Assembly (NCBI GenBank): GCA_965217895.1
Contig: CBDCJV010000002.1
Coordinates: 1,952,001 to 2,016,000, forward strand
Direction: 5' to 3'
Length of the DNA stretch: 64,000 nt
Source: Waterburya sp.
GTDB taxonomy: Bacteria; Cyanobacteriota; Cyanobacteriia; Cyanobacteriales; Xenococcaceae
Positions 31,701 through 40,976 of this stretch are shown one piece after another. Made by a program: the position numbers and the translations under genes. A model generated the notes under the pieces. It was not told the origin of the DNA. It made no database searches and saw only the letters and a list, made by a program, of their open reading frames with translations. Each line of letters opens with the position of its first letter. Position 1 is the stretch's first letter.

Positions 31701-31927
31701 AAACCGCTAAATTCAATTGCAGCCATTATCTACTATGTCTTTGAGTGATCCCCAGGCACTATACAGGTTTAACAATCTCTTTATAATTGAGTAATGAATG
31801 GAAACAATAACTTTATAAAACGGTATCAAAAATAGTTTTGTTCTCGGTAATTTTAAGGAAATTGCTGCAAAACCTATAGGGATCGTGAATAAAAAACAGA
31901 TAAACCTTTATATTTTTTTTATTAAAA

Positions 31928-32530
31928 CTAGGAAGAAGTTGAGGGAATATATTCTGAACACCATTTTTGAGCAATGCAGTGATAACATGAATTCCACCGT
32001 TCAATCTCCTTCATTGGTGTAGGAGCATCACATTGAGGACAAGGAGATAAAGATGATGAATTTTTTTTGATAGTTTCTAACCAGCGTCTAGCTGCCAATT
32101 TTGCATCTGTAGAAGAAGATAGATGATCTTGCTTACTCTCGAAATTTAAGGCTTTATATTCAACAGAATTATGTTTAAATTTCTGCTGCTCACTCATACT
32201 AAATAAGTTGGTATTAATAGTATTTTGAGCAGTTGCTTGATGCCATTGGGAAGATGAGAAGCGAACATCTTTAAGTACAAAAGGCAGCTGCTTGTTAAGC
32301 TTTTTAAGTAGAGTGTAGCGTTGAAAAGAAAGCTCCTGCGCTCTTGCTGCGCTAGATGTTGCCACCCAAAGCACCTGCCGATTAATGTAAAGAGGACGAG
32401 TATGCTGAGCGGTATTTTGACTGACGGTATCGTGCCAGCATTTTAAGAGTTGACGATGTTCACGAAGTTTCTCCCAACCTGGCTGTTGCTCCAGTTGAGC
32501 TAGTATTTGTTCTACCGAATCAAAAAACAA
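31928..32530 (-). CDS. DUF721/DciA-family protein with C-terminal Zn ribbon
   Basis: HTRP...LWVATSS..AQEL; CPQC..CYHC. Confidence 0.8.
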   Translation of the reverse strand: MFFDSVEQILAQLEQQPGWEKLREHRQLLKCWHDTVSQNTAQHTRPLYINRQVLWVATSSAARAQELSFQRYTLLKKLNKQLPFVLKDVRFSSSQWHQATAQNTINTNLFSMSEQQKFKHNSVEYKALNFESKQDHLSSSTDAKLAARRWLETIKKNSSSLSPCPQCDAPTPMKEIERWNSCYHCIAQKWCSEYIPSTSS

Positions 32531-32623
32531 TGAAGCTAGGGATCTTTGAGATCATAAATTTACCATTATTATCAGCATAGCCTTTAAATTTGGCTAAACT
32601 AACCTAACCTGAACTGACATAAC

Positions 32624-32854
32624 TTAGTCAGAGTTTTTTTTGGGTGCAGGTACAGGATCGTATCCACCTGGATGAAAAGGATGACAGCGTAATATACGAT
32701 TAACCGCTAGCCAGCTACCTTTAATAGTTCCATGAAGAGCGATCGCCTCAATGGCATATTGTGAACAGGTGGGTTGAAAGCGACAGGTGGGAGGAAAAAG
32801 AGGAGAAATAAAGCGACGATAGCTTTTAATTAGCCACAGCAGTAAAGTTTTCAT
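32624..32854 (-). CDS. yidD: Membrane protein insertion efficiency factor
   Basis: [27 protein letters not shown]. Confidence 0.96.
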   Translation of the reverse strand: MKTLLLWLIKSYRRFISPLFPPTCRFQPTCSQYAIEAIALHGTIKGSWLAVNRILRCHPFHPGGYDPVPAPKKNSD

Positions 32855-32925
32855 GATTTCTTACTCCACAAGTGTTCTAATCAACAGACAATAAAATAAA
32901 TTCAAGCACATATCTTATTTTATAT

Positions 32926-33639
32926 ATGGGTAATTTAGAACTGTCATCTTCTGCACAAGAGGCGATCGCCCTTTTTTTATATCCTCTAGGAACTGTTTTT
33001 GCTTACTTGGCAATGTTAGTTATTGTAGCTGACGTTCTTAGTCGCTTCGTTGTCGATGATCCCGAATTAACCCGCAAAGTTGTTCATATTGGCAGTGGCA
33101 ACGTCATCCTTATAGCTTGGTGGTTGGATATATCCTCGGCGGTAATTATTGGTGCTGCCATAATTGCTGCGGCGATCGCCATTATCTCTTATCTTATTCC
33201 TATTCTTCCTAGCATTGAAAGCGTTGGGCGCAAAAGTTTTGGTACGCTATTTTATGCCCTCAGCATTGGTATCTTAGCTGCCTGTTTCTGGCAAAATAGC
33301 CCTCAATATACGACAATTGGCATTTTAATTATGGCTTGGGGAGATGGCATGGCAGCCATTATTGGTCAGCGTTTTGGCAAACATCCTTATCATGTCGGCG
33401 GGATAACTAAAAGCTGGGAAGGCTCTTTTGCCATGCTAGGAGCAGCTTTTAGCGTTACTGGAGCAATTTTATTATTTGTAGAGGGGAATAATTGGCAAGT
33501 ATGGTCAATTTCTTTAGTGGTTGCTGTAGTTGCCACTATATTAGAAGCTTTCTCTAAGCTAGGTGTAGATAATTTAACTGTCCCTATAAGCAGTGGATTT
33601 TTGTGTTTTTTTTGTGTTCAGGTACTATCATTTAATTAA
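32926..33639 (+). CDS. Phytol kinase / cytidylyltransferase-family kinase
   Basis: RKVVHIG, GDGMAA, KSWEGS, DNLTVP. Confidence 0.88.
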   Translation: MGNLELSSSAQEAIALFLYPLGTVFAYLAMLVIVADVLSRFVVDDPELTRKVVHIGSGNVILIAWWLDISSAVIIGAAIIAAAIAIISYLIPILPSIESVGRKSFGTLFYALSIGILAACFWQNSPQYTTIGILIMAWGDGMAAIIGQRFGKHPYHVGGITKSWEGSFAMLGAAFSVTGAILLFVEGNNWQVWSISLVVAVVATILEAFSKLGVDNLTVPISSGFLCFFCVQVLSFN

Positions 33640-33686
33640 ATATTATTTAACCGTACAAATCCAAAATTAATTAATAACTCCAGATA

Positions 33687-33920
33687 ATGACTAATTCTGC
33701 GCCCAAACAAGCACCAGAAGCGACTATACCTCCTGAATCTACTTCAGAGGAGACTGAAGATAATAATATCTCAGAAATTTCCAAGCCCAAAGATAGCTAT
33801 GTTAAGTTAGCAATGCGGAACATGGTTCGCAAAGGAAGGCAATCTTTGTGGCACTTTTTTCTGACTACTGCTGGTTTAGTCGGGCTTTTAGTTGGTTTAG
33901 CTTACTTAACTAAACCATAA
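33687..33920 (+). CDS. DUF3285-family small membrane protein
   Basis: SYVKLAMRNMVRKG..SLWHF. Confidence 0.8.
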   Translation: MTNSAPKQAPEATIPPESTSEETEDNNISEISKPKDSYVKLAMRNMVRKGRQSLWHFFLTTAGLVGLLVGLAYLTKP

Positions 33921-34003
33921 ATTAAGTAAATCTATGGACATGACCTTTCATTGAACATTAAGCATTTAACATTTCATGAGAAGTAGGTAATTAGTAATCA
34001 AAA

Positions 34004-34034
34004 ACTACAAACTACGAACTACGAACTACGAACT
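34004..34034. repeat. Heptamer tandem repeat (AACTACR x4)
   Basis: aactaca aactacg aactacg aactacg; region flanked by direct repeat TTCATTGAACATT. Confidence 0.75.
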
Positions 34035-34065
34035 TCATTGAACATTCAAATATCTGATAAATGAA

Positions 34066-34692
34066 ATGACTGTTAAGCAACCTGTAAATGCTCTAATTTA
34101 CGTCGAAAACATATATGAGGGAGAATTATCTAAAAATAGTTTAAAAGCTGTTGAATCTATTCCCTGGGACGACTGGATTAAAGTTTGGCTTGACTTACTT
34201 GGGTCTATAAGTAATTTAAATCAAGACTGCGAAATAGGCTTGAGATTAACTGGCGATCGCCAAATTCAGGCTCTTAACCGTCAGTATCGCTCAATTGACC
34301 AACCTACAGATGTTTTGGCATTTGCAGCTACAGAAGCAAATGTTCCTCTACCACAGGATATTGCTGAACCTCTTTATTTAGGAGATGTTATTATTTCACT
34401 TGATACGGCTGAAAAACAAGCGCAGGAGCAAAACCATTTATTAACAACAGAGTTGGCTTGGTTGGCTAGTCATGGTGTGTTACACCTGCTAGGTTGGGAT
34501 CATCCTGATGAGGTTAGCCTAGAAAAAATGTTAAAGCAACAGTCTAAACTGGTTCAATTGTCAACGATACACCGCCGTAGAAGCGACGAGACCCCGCGTC
34601 GGCGTAAGACGCAAGGGAATGCTCGTCAAGACACGACGGTGCCTGCGTTGACCGCCTTGCGCGGTCAAAAGTTTCGCAAAGCTAGTGAGTAA
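34066..34692 (+). CDS. ybeY: rRNA maturation RNase YbeY with repeat-derived tail
   Basis: PTDVLAF, LGDVIIS, HGVLHLLGWDH. Confidence 0.95.
   Translation: MTVKQPVNALIYVENIYEGELSKNSLKAVESIPWDDWIKVWLDLLGSISNLNQDCEIGLRLTGDRQIQALNRQYRSIDQPTDVLAFAATEANVPLPQDIAEPLYLGDVIISLDTAEKQAQEQNHLLTTELAWLASHGVLHLLGWDHPDEVSLEKMLKQQSKLVQLSTIHRRRSDETPRRRKTQGNARQDTTVPALTALRGQKFRKASE
34570..34670. repeat. GC-rich palindromic repeat composite inside ybeY 3' end
   Basis: CACCGCCGT...ACGACGGTG stem; TTGACCGC-cttgc-GCGGTCAA hairpin also seen inverted at about 19505. Confidence 0.7.
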
Positions 34693-34795
34693 GATTACGT
34701 AGTTGTACTGTTTTATTTGAACATAACATTGTGTGATTGTTGAGTTATTATTGCATTATAAATAAGCAAATATACGGATCGAGTTTGATATCAAG

Positions 34796-35299
34796 ATGAT
34801 TGAAACAAACAAGAAAAGTAGTCCGACCTTATCTTTATTAGATAAAAATATGAAATCTTCTACTATTGCTTCTCAAGAAGCTTCTACAGCCAGTAATAAA
34901 ATAATCCGCAATTTAGCTTGGCAGGTAGCACCAAATTTATTTTTGAGCTTTAAATATGCTTGGGCGGGAGTGCGTTACGCTTTTGTTACCCAAAGAAATT
35001 TCCGTATTCATACTTTGATTGGTACCCTGGCGGTTAGCTTGGGTATTTTTTTAGAAGTTCAGGCTATGGAAATGGCAGTAATCGTCATGACTTGCGCTAT
35101 GGTAATGGTTCTAGAGTTAATCAATACGGCTCTTGAGGCGGTAGTCGATCTAACGGTAAAGCAAACATACCACGAGCTAGCTAAAATAGCTAAAGACTGT
35201 GCTGCTGGGGCAGTTTTAATCAGCGCGATCGCAGCGGTTATAGTGGCAGCTTTTATTCTGCTTCCCAATCTCTTAGAATTTATTATCCCAATGTTGTAA
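34796..35299 (+). CDS. dgkA: Diacylglycerol/undecaprenol kinase
   Basis: QRNFRIH, ELINTALEAVVD, AKDCAAGAV. Confidence 0.92.
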   Translation: MIETNKKSSPTLSLLDKNMKSSTIASQEASTASNKIIRNLAWQVAPNLFLSFKYAWAGVRYAFVTQRNFRIHTLIGTLAVSLGIFLEVQAMEMAVIVMTCAMVMVLELINTALEAVVDLTVKQTYHELAKIAKDCAAGAVLISAIAAVIVAAFILLPNLLEFIIPML

Positions 35300-35311
35300 T
35301 GGAGATTTGAC

Positions 35312-35908
35312 TTGATTTTAGTTATTGATAACTATGATAGTTTCACCTATAACTTGGTGCAGTATTTAGGAGAATTGGGTCAAGAATTGCCTATAGCATC
35401 AGACATTCGCGTCTACAGAAACGATGCAATCGATCTTGAGACTATAAATCAGCTTCAGCCAGACGGCATTTTAATCTCTCCTGGTCCAGGTCGCCCTGAA
35501 GATGCAGGAATATCACTACAGTTAATTGAAAAACTTGGTTCTCAAATCCCTATTTTGGGAGTTTGTTTAGGTCATCAAAGTATTGGACAAGTTTTTGGCG
35601 GTCAAGTTGTCTCTGCACCCGTTTTGATGCACGGCAAAACATCTCTGGTTCATCATCACAATACGGGAATATTCGCTGGGCTAGAATCTCCTTTTACCGC
35701 CACTAGATATCATAGCTTAGTGATTGAGCGTCAAACTATTCCTGATACTTTGGAAATAACGGCTTGGGTGGAAGACGGTACAATTATGGGAGTTCGTCAT
35801 CGCGATTATCATCATCTTCAAGGAGTGCAGTTTCATCCTGAAAGCATTTTGACGGATAATGGCAAATTATTGTTACGTAATTTTTTAAATTCTTTAGGTA
35901 GTAAGTAA
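35312..35908 (+). CDS. trpG: Anthranilate/aminodeoxychorismate synthase component II (TrpG/PabA)
   Basis: IDNYDSFTYNL, SPGPG, GVCLGHQ, QFHPES. Confidence 0.9.
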   Translation: MILVIDNYDSFTYNLVQYLGELGQELPIASDIRVYRNDAIDLETINQLQPDGILISPGPGRPEDAGISLQLIEKLGSQIPILGVCLGHQSIGQVFGGQVVSAPVLMHGKTSLVHHHNTGIFAGLESPFTATRYHSLVIERQTIPDTLEITAWVEDGTIMGVRHRDYHHLQGVQFHPESILTDNGKLLLRNFLNSLGSK

Positions 35909-35912
35909 ATAT

Positions 35913-36695
35913 ATGAAACGGCGACAGTTAATTCGCTACGGCGGAGTAGGTTTGACAACGGCGATCGCCAGCAGTTTGATTCCCCCTCAGTTTTCCTTGG
36001 CTAAAGAAGCCACCGATGGCGTGACTATTCAATATCTCGGACATACCTGCTTTTTGTTTACGGGTAATGGTATAAAAGTTCTGGTTAATCCCTATGATTC
36101 GGCTGGCTGTACCGCTGGCTTAACTCTACCTGACGTGCAGCCAGACGTAGTGCTAGTTAGTAGCTTTCTTTTAGATGAAGGAGCAGTAAATAAAGTACAG
36201 GGTAATCCGCAAATTATTACGCAGCCAGGTATTCATCAGTTTAAAAGTATTAAGTTCCAAGGATTTTCTATGCCCCACGATCTTCAAGGAGGAAAACGCT
36301 TTGGCAAGAATATTGCCTGGCGATGGACTCAAGGAGGAGTAAATATTCTCCATCTTGGCGGTGCTGCTGCGCCTCTAACTACAGAAGATAAAATATTGCT
36401 AGGTGGTGCAGATATACTGCTTGCTCCAGTTGGAGGTGGTCCAAAAGCCTATGATGCGTCCGAGGCGAATCAGGCAGTAAAGGTTCTTCATCCTAAAATG
36501 GTAATTCCTACTCAATATCGAGTTGCCACAGCCGATAAAGCAAGCTGCGATCTTGCTCCTGTGGATGACTTTTTGGCTTTGGTCAAGAGTGAAAACATGG
36601 AAGTAGCCGAAGTAGGTAGAGATCGCTTTCAAGTCAAAAAATCTTATTTGAATGGCGATCGCACTTTAGTCAGAGTTCTCGACTATACCTCATGA
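35913..36695 (+). CDS. Tat-exported MBL-fold protein with degenerate metal motif
   Basis: KRRQLI twin-arginine signal; YLGHTCF; HxHxDH replaced by SSFLLDE. Confidence 0.8.
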   Translation: MKRRQLIRYGGVGLTTAIASSLIPPQFSLAKEATDGVTIQYLGHTCFLFTGNGIKVLVNPYDSAGCTAGLTLPDVQPDVVLVSSFLLDEGAVNKVQGNPQIITQPGIHQFKSIKFQGFSMPHDLQGGKRFGKNIAWRWTQGGVNILHLGGAAAPLTTEDKILLGGADILLAPVGGGPKAYDASEANQAVKVLHPKMVIPTQYRVATADKASCDLAPVDDFLALVKSENMEVAEVGRDRFQVKKSYLNGDRTLVRVLDYTS

Positions 36696-36916
36696 GCTTT
36701 GTCGTTTTTCTCGGATTAGGATTAAGCGCGATTACGCTATCGCGTAGCCTTCGGATCGCCTGAGGTCTAAAAGCCACTGAAGAAGTTGTGCAACTGTCTA
36801 GGGCAATTATCGGCGCAATTCTTTTGGTTTGGGAGCTATGTTTAACCCCTAAGATGTTTTTGGCAGTTATTGCCGTGTTTCGCATTTGTATTCCTTGTTG
36901 CGAGTGCGATCAATAA
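36692..36916 (+). pseudogene. Small membrane protein pseudogene with in-frame insertion at HIP1 and internal TGA
   Basis: ATGA overlap with upstream stop; MSFVVFLGLGLSAI[TLSRSLRI]A*GLKATEEVVQL..AILLVW..CIPCCECDQ*. Confidence 0.6.
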
Positions 36917-36920
36917 AATT

Positions 36921-37003
36921 ATAGGGACGTTTCGTGAGGTAGTGTGGTCTTGGGGGTTTCTCTGATGAACAACTATCGAACCCGAAGGGCGAAACGCCCC
37001 TAC
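36921..37003. repeat. GTAG-type REP-like palindrome with a second repeat nested in its loop
   Basis: TAGGGACGTTTCG / CGAAACGCCCCTAC arms enclosing GTCTTGGGGGTTTC..AACCCGAAGGG. Confidence 0.7.
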
Positions 37004-37020
37004 AACGAAATATGATGCAA

Positions 37021-37641
37021 TTAATTTTTTTCGGCTTTTGGCTCAATGCCTTGGTCAAGCTGCCAGGCGATCGCATTAAGAACTAAACTACCATTGCCTG
37101 TACAACTCTCTTGGTATTCTTCCTGTGCTGCGACAACAGAGCCTAATTTCTCGATGGTTTTACCGTACTTCTTGTCTTTAGCTAGTTCTTTTTCTTCGGC
37201 GGTCAAAGGACGCGATCGCTCTAAAACAACTTTGATAATCGGTATATACTGCTCTGCCTGTTCTGATGCTTCTTGCACCTCTAATTGCAGCTTAGTAAGT
37301 TCAATAATTTCTTTTGCTCCCTGAACAATGGGCAATAATTCTTGACTATCTGACACGGTTTGAGTTGATTTTACTGGGGGACTAACCGATGGTACATAAA
37401 AAATGTGGTCTGGTGTTAAACCATCAGGAAAACGATTGACATCAATCTCTTCTTTTTCCCACATTTCTTGCACAATCTCCAAAGCTTTGGCACGATTTTT
37501 TTGGGTATCTCCTGTTGTACTAGACACCTCTACCAAAATTCCTTCTTGCTCTTCAACTGGTTTAGAAAGATCGCTAACTGCGACAAAATGAGAAACTGCT
37601 GCGGTTTTTGCCATCTTTAAGAAAGATTTAAATTTTTTCAA
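37021..37641 (-). CDS. Hypothetical protein
   Basis: 206-aa ORF with natural composition; likely start ATG 37614 (MAKTAA). Confidence 0.7.
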   Translation of the reverse strand: MKKFKSFLKMAKTAAVSHFVAVSDLSKPVEEQEGILVEVSSTTGDTQKNRAKALEIVQEMWEKEEIDVNRFPDGLTPDHIFYVPSVSPPVKSTQTVSDSQELLPIVQGAKEIIELTKLQLEVQEASEQAEQYIPIIKVVLERSRPLTAEEKELAKDKKYGKTIEKLGSVVAAQEEYQESCTGNGSLVLNAIAWQLDQGIEPKAEKN

Positions 37642-37649
37642 TATTATTG

Positions 37650-38385
37650 TAATATCATAATTATTATCGCCGTTAAGAGCAACAACTCAATAAAAGTTGC
37701 CTCTTGTATCAAATCTCATTCAACCCCAAATACAATTTTAATTCATGCCCAAAATGGTATTCCCTACTGTTGGTTTAATAGCGATAATTACCTCTCGATC
37801 CTTAACAAAAACCTGTTTGACAAATTAAGCTTCTATCGTTATTTAAATACTGTTGATAGTAATGGTGTTTTAGAGAAAAATTTGCGCGATCGCACTATAG
37901 TAGGATGTGTAGTTAAAGCTCCTTGTCAACAAACAAAAGAGGGAAAAATTCAAGTTAAAAAACCGCCTCGATTAATTTTGGGTTTGACCAAAAGCGATAG
38001 TCACAATTTAAAACAGCAGGCTGTAGTTCAACGCCTATGTGATTTATTTTCTCAACATGGTATAGCTGCTACCTACACTGATAAGATACGCGCTGCCGTG
38101 TGCGACAAGCTAGCCATTAATATAGCCACCAATGTTCTTTCAGCTTTGACTGGCAGAGTAATTGCCGATTTAACCGCAAACTACTATACCAACAGTCTAA
38201 TTAAAACTATTATTGCCGAGTTTAATCATGTTTTTTGCTGTTACGGCATCAAGCCAGAAGATTTGCCCACCGAACAAGCAATTTGTTCATATATCAAAGC
38301 CCCAAGCAGCCAAAGTCATCTACCTTCTCTCGCCCAAGATTTTTCTCAACACAAACCTGGAGAAATAAGTTCAATTACCGCTGAC
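37650..38385 (+). pseudogene. Ketopantoate reductase (ApbA/PanE) family fragment
   Basis: Open frame IIIAVKS..TILIHAQNGIPY..IVGCVV..KLAIN..PSLAQD..GE; no N-terminal GxGxxG, C-terminus cut; ends approximate. Confidence 0.7.
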
Positions 38386-38643
38386 GCTTGCTCCTTCTCT
38401 AAGAATTACACCACCACCCAAAAAACCAACTCCTGAAACTATTTGAGCAGGAATTCTCGTGGGGGTGGCATCTCCTGGAGTCATTATCGAAAGCATGACA
38501 AACATTGCTGATCCTAAAGTTACCAGCACATTTGTTTTTAAAATTGCTCTAGTTTTAAGCCATTGTCTTTCAATACCGATACCTACAGCTAGGAAAAATC
38601 CTACTAACAAACGAAGGGCAAAAGTCGTCCACGTAATGATCAT
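38371..38643 (-). pseudogene. Truncated MgtC/SapB family gene
   Basis: GIGIERQW, TRIPAQIVSGVGFLGGGVILREGASV then stop; lacks GLNTAA and C-terminal half. Confidence 0.85.
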
Positions 38644-38798
38644 ATTAATATTCTCTGTAGACTGAAGGTTTAAGTAATTTAGACAGAATTATTTCGTAAA
38701 AATAGCTTTGATAAACCAACACATAAAAACACGCTAAGTTTAATACAAGATTAAGGCTCAACTCTAACCGATGTTAATCAATAATTTGCACAAAAAGT

Positions 38799-40880
38799 CT
38801 ATTTTTTATGTTCATCTTGAATTGCCTGGAGTGCAGCCTTAATCAGTTGAAAATAAGGCGATTGAGTTACATTAACCTGTTTAGCGACCTCTCGACTTTT
38901 ACCTAGTAACCCCAGAGAATTTCCTTGACTGACGGCTAAAACATTACCGCGATCATTTCTAATACGTAGTTCGGTATTAGTTTTGCTGCACACATAAATT
39001 CTGCCACTGTGAGTAAACACAGCTTTTTGAACCTTATGGTTAATTCTTTTATTTAAAACAGCAATCTGATTACTAGATTGAGTTTGAGATAACCTGACTC
39101 CGACTATTTCTAGCTCAATGTTGGTGCTGCCTTGCCAATGGTTTTCTTTTAGTTTGTAAGCTATGTCCAAATATTCTGGCAGAGGACAATATTCTCCCCA
39201 TCGCCATGCCAGTGCCTTAATCTGTGTGGAGGTATCGGCTTCTTGAACAGTTAGCTTTAAATGAGCCTGGCTTTTGCCGATCGCTCTTTGTTTAATCACT
39301 CGCACATTAGGAGTCCAAAATACGGGGGTACTATTGCCAATTCCCCAAGGCTGTAAACCTTCTAGCTGTTCGTAGAGAGTAAAATCCACCTGTCCTAAGC
39401 TGGCTTGAGCATCTATTTTGACTAGGGGTTTGAGATGTTCTACTTCTAAACATTTATGGGAAAACTCGCTCAATCTTTGCTTTATTTGTTCTAGATTGAC
39501 TGCGGGGAAGCTAAACCCACCTGCTGCGCGATGTCCGCCAAATTTGCCTAATAAATCGCTGCAATAGTTGAGAGCGTCAAAGACATTAAATTCATCAATA
39601 CTTCTGGCAGAGCCACGAATCATTTCAGGTAAAGGGGCATCTGAAGATTCTGACTGCTCATCTTCATAAGTACCAATAAACACAGGTACACCATAGCGTT
39701 CGACTAAACGGGATGCCACAATGCCAATTACGCCATGATGCCAACCAGCAGAGACAACAATTAAAACGCGATCGCGTTGCCAGGGAATTGGCGTAGATTC
39801 TACTAAAGCGATCGCCTCTTTTTCTATTTGTTCGCATAGTAAGCGACGGTGCTGGTTGATCTGTTCACACTGCATCGCTCTTTCTAGAGCCACCCCAGGA
39901 TCGTCAGTGGTCAATAGTTCAATTACCATTTGCGGGTCGCCAATTCTGCCTACCGCATTGATGCGAGGCCCTAAGCGAAAGCCAATATCATCAGGCTTTA
40001 GCTGTTTTTGCGCCTCGTCAATTCCTGCCACCTGCATCAATGCCTGAATGCCCAACAACTGAGAATTGGGTAAGGCTCTTAACCCGCGCTTGAGCCAACG
40101 ACGATTCACGCCAATTAAAGGAGCGAGATCGGCAATTGTTCCCAGGGTAAATAATTCTAAAATAGGGTTGGTTAAACCTTTGAGTTGTCCCAGACTTTGT
40201 GCCGTGGCGATCGCCAATATATATGCTACTCCAACTCCTGCAAGCCCCTTATAGGGAGAACTATCTGCCAATAGTTTAGGATTCAAAATAGCGTCGGCAG
40301 GAGGAAGTTGGGCTGGCAAGTCGTGGTGGTCAGTAATAATCACGCTCAAGCCAAGTTCTACAGCCCTAGCAATGGGTTCATAAGCCGAAATACCGTTATC
40401 GACCGTCAGAATTAGACCGACCCCGTTTGCGGCAAATTCTTCAACGATGCGCGTATTAATACCATAGCCATCCTTTATACGGCTAGGAATAGCATAATCT
40501 ACCTTTGCTCCTAGATGTTTTAACGCCCTTAATAACAATGCCGTGCTAGTCATGCCGTCGGCATCATAATCGCCACAGATAGCAATTTGCTCTTCTTCGG
40601 CGATCGCTTTTTTGATTAGTTCGACACTGATCCACAAATCCTCAAATTCGTCTAAAGGCGAAGGCAAATCCTGAGATTCTGGTTCAATATAGGTATGAGC
40701 CTGTTGGGCAGTAGCAATATCACGATTAATAATTACTTGAGCTACTAAGGGTAATAAACCAGTAGAGATACTCAACTCCTGGACTGCCTTTGGCTGAGAC
40801 GGTGCAATGTGCCATCTTTGATTAGGCAATCGTTTGTGGTTAGGGAGATTACGCTGCACGAATCCTTGGCGATCGCTCAT
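38799..40880 (-). CDS. recJ: ssDNA exonuclease RecJ
   Basis: GDYDADG, TVDNG, TDHH, GPRINAVGR, GGHRAA. Confidence 0.96.
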   Translation of the reverse strand: MSDRQGFVQRNLPNHKRLPNQRWHIAPSQPKAVQELSISTGLLPLVAQVIINRDIATAQQAHTYIEPESQDLPSPLDEFEDLWISVELIKKAIAEEEQIAICGDYDADGMTSTALLLRALKHLGAKVDYAIPSRIKDGYGINTRIVEEFAANGVGLILTVDNGISAYEPIARAVELGLSVIITDHHDLPAQLPPADAILNPKLLADSSPYKGLAGVGVAYILAIATAQSLGQLKGLTNPILELFTLGTIADLAPLIGVNRRWLKRGLRALPNSQLLGIQALMQVAGIDEAQKQLKPDDIGFRLGPRINAVGRIGDPQMVIELLTTDDPGVALERAMQCEQINQHRRLLCEQIEKEAIALVESTPIPWQRDRVLIVVSAGWHHGVIGIVASRLVERYGVPVFIGTYEDEQSESSDAPLPEMIRGSARSIDEFNVFDALNYCSDLLGKFGGHRAAGGFSFPAVNLEQIKQRLSEFSHKCLEVEHLKPLVKIDAQASLGQVDFTLYEQLEGLQPWGIGNSTPVFWTPNVRVIKQRAIGKSQAHLKLTVQEADTSTQIKALAWRWGEYCPLPEYLDIAYKLKENHWQGSTNIELEIVGVRLSQTQSSNQIAVLNKRINHKVQKAVFTHSGRIYVCSKTNTELRIRNDRGNVLAVSQGNSLGLLGKSREVAKQVNVTQSPYFQLIKAALQAIQDEHKK

Positions 40881-40976
40881 ACTAGAATCAAATATCTATA
40901 ATGTAATGCGGGCAACCAAAAGTATAACAATCAGCACCCTCACTAAAATATCAATCACAAATAAGCATCTTATCTA

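Noticed and set aside
32624..32854. yidD located away from rnpA-yidC
   Set aside because: Ordinary arrangement in cyanobacteria.
36670..37076. 71-aa and 69-aa minus-strand ORFs
   Set aside because: Antisense to a plus-strand pseudogene and repeat DNA.
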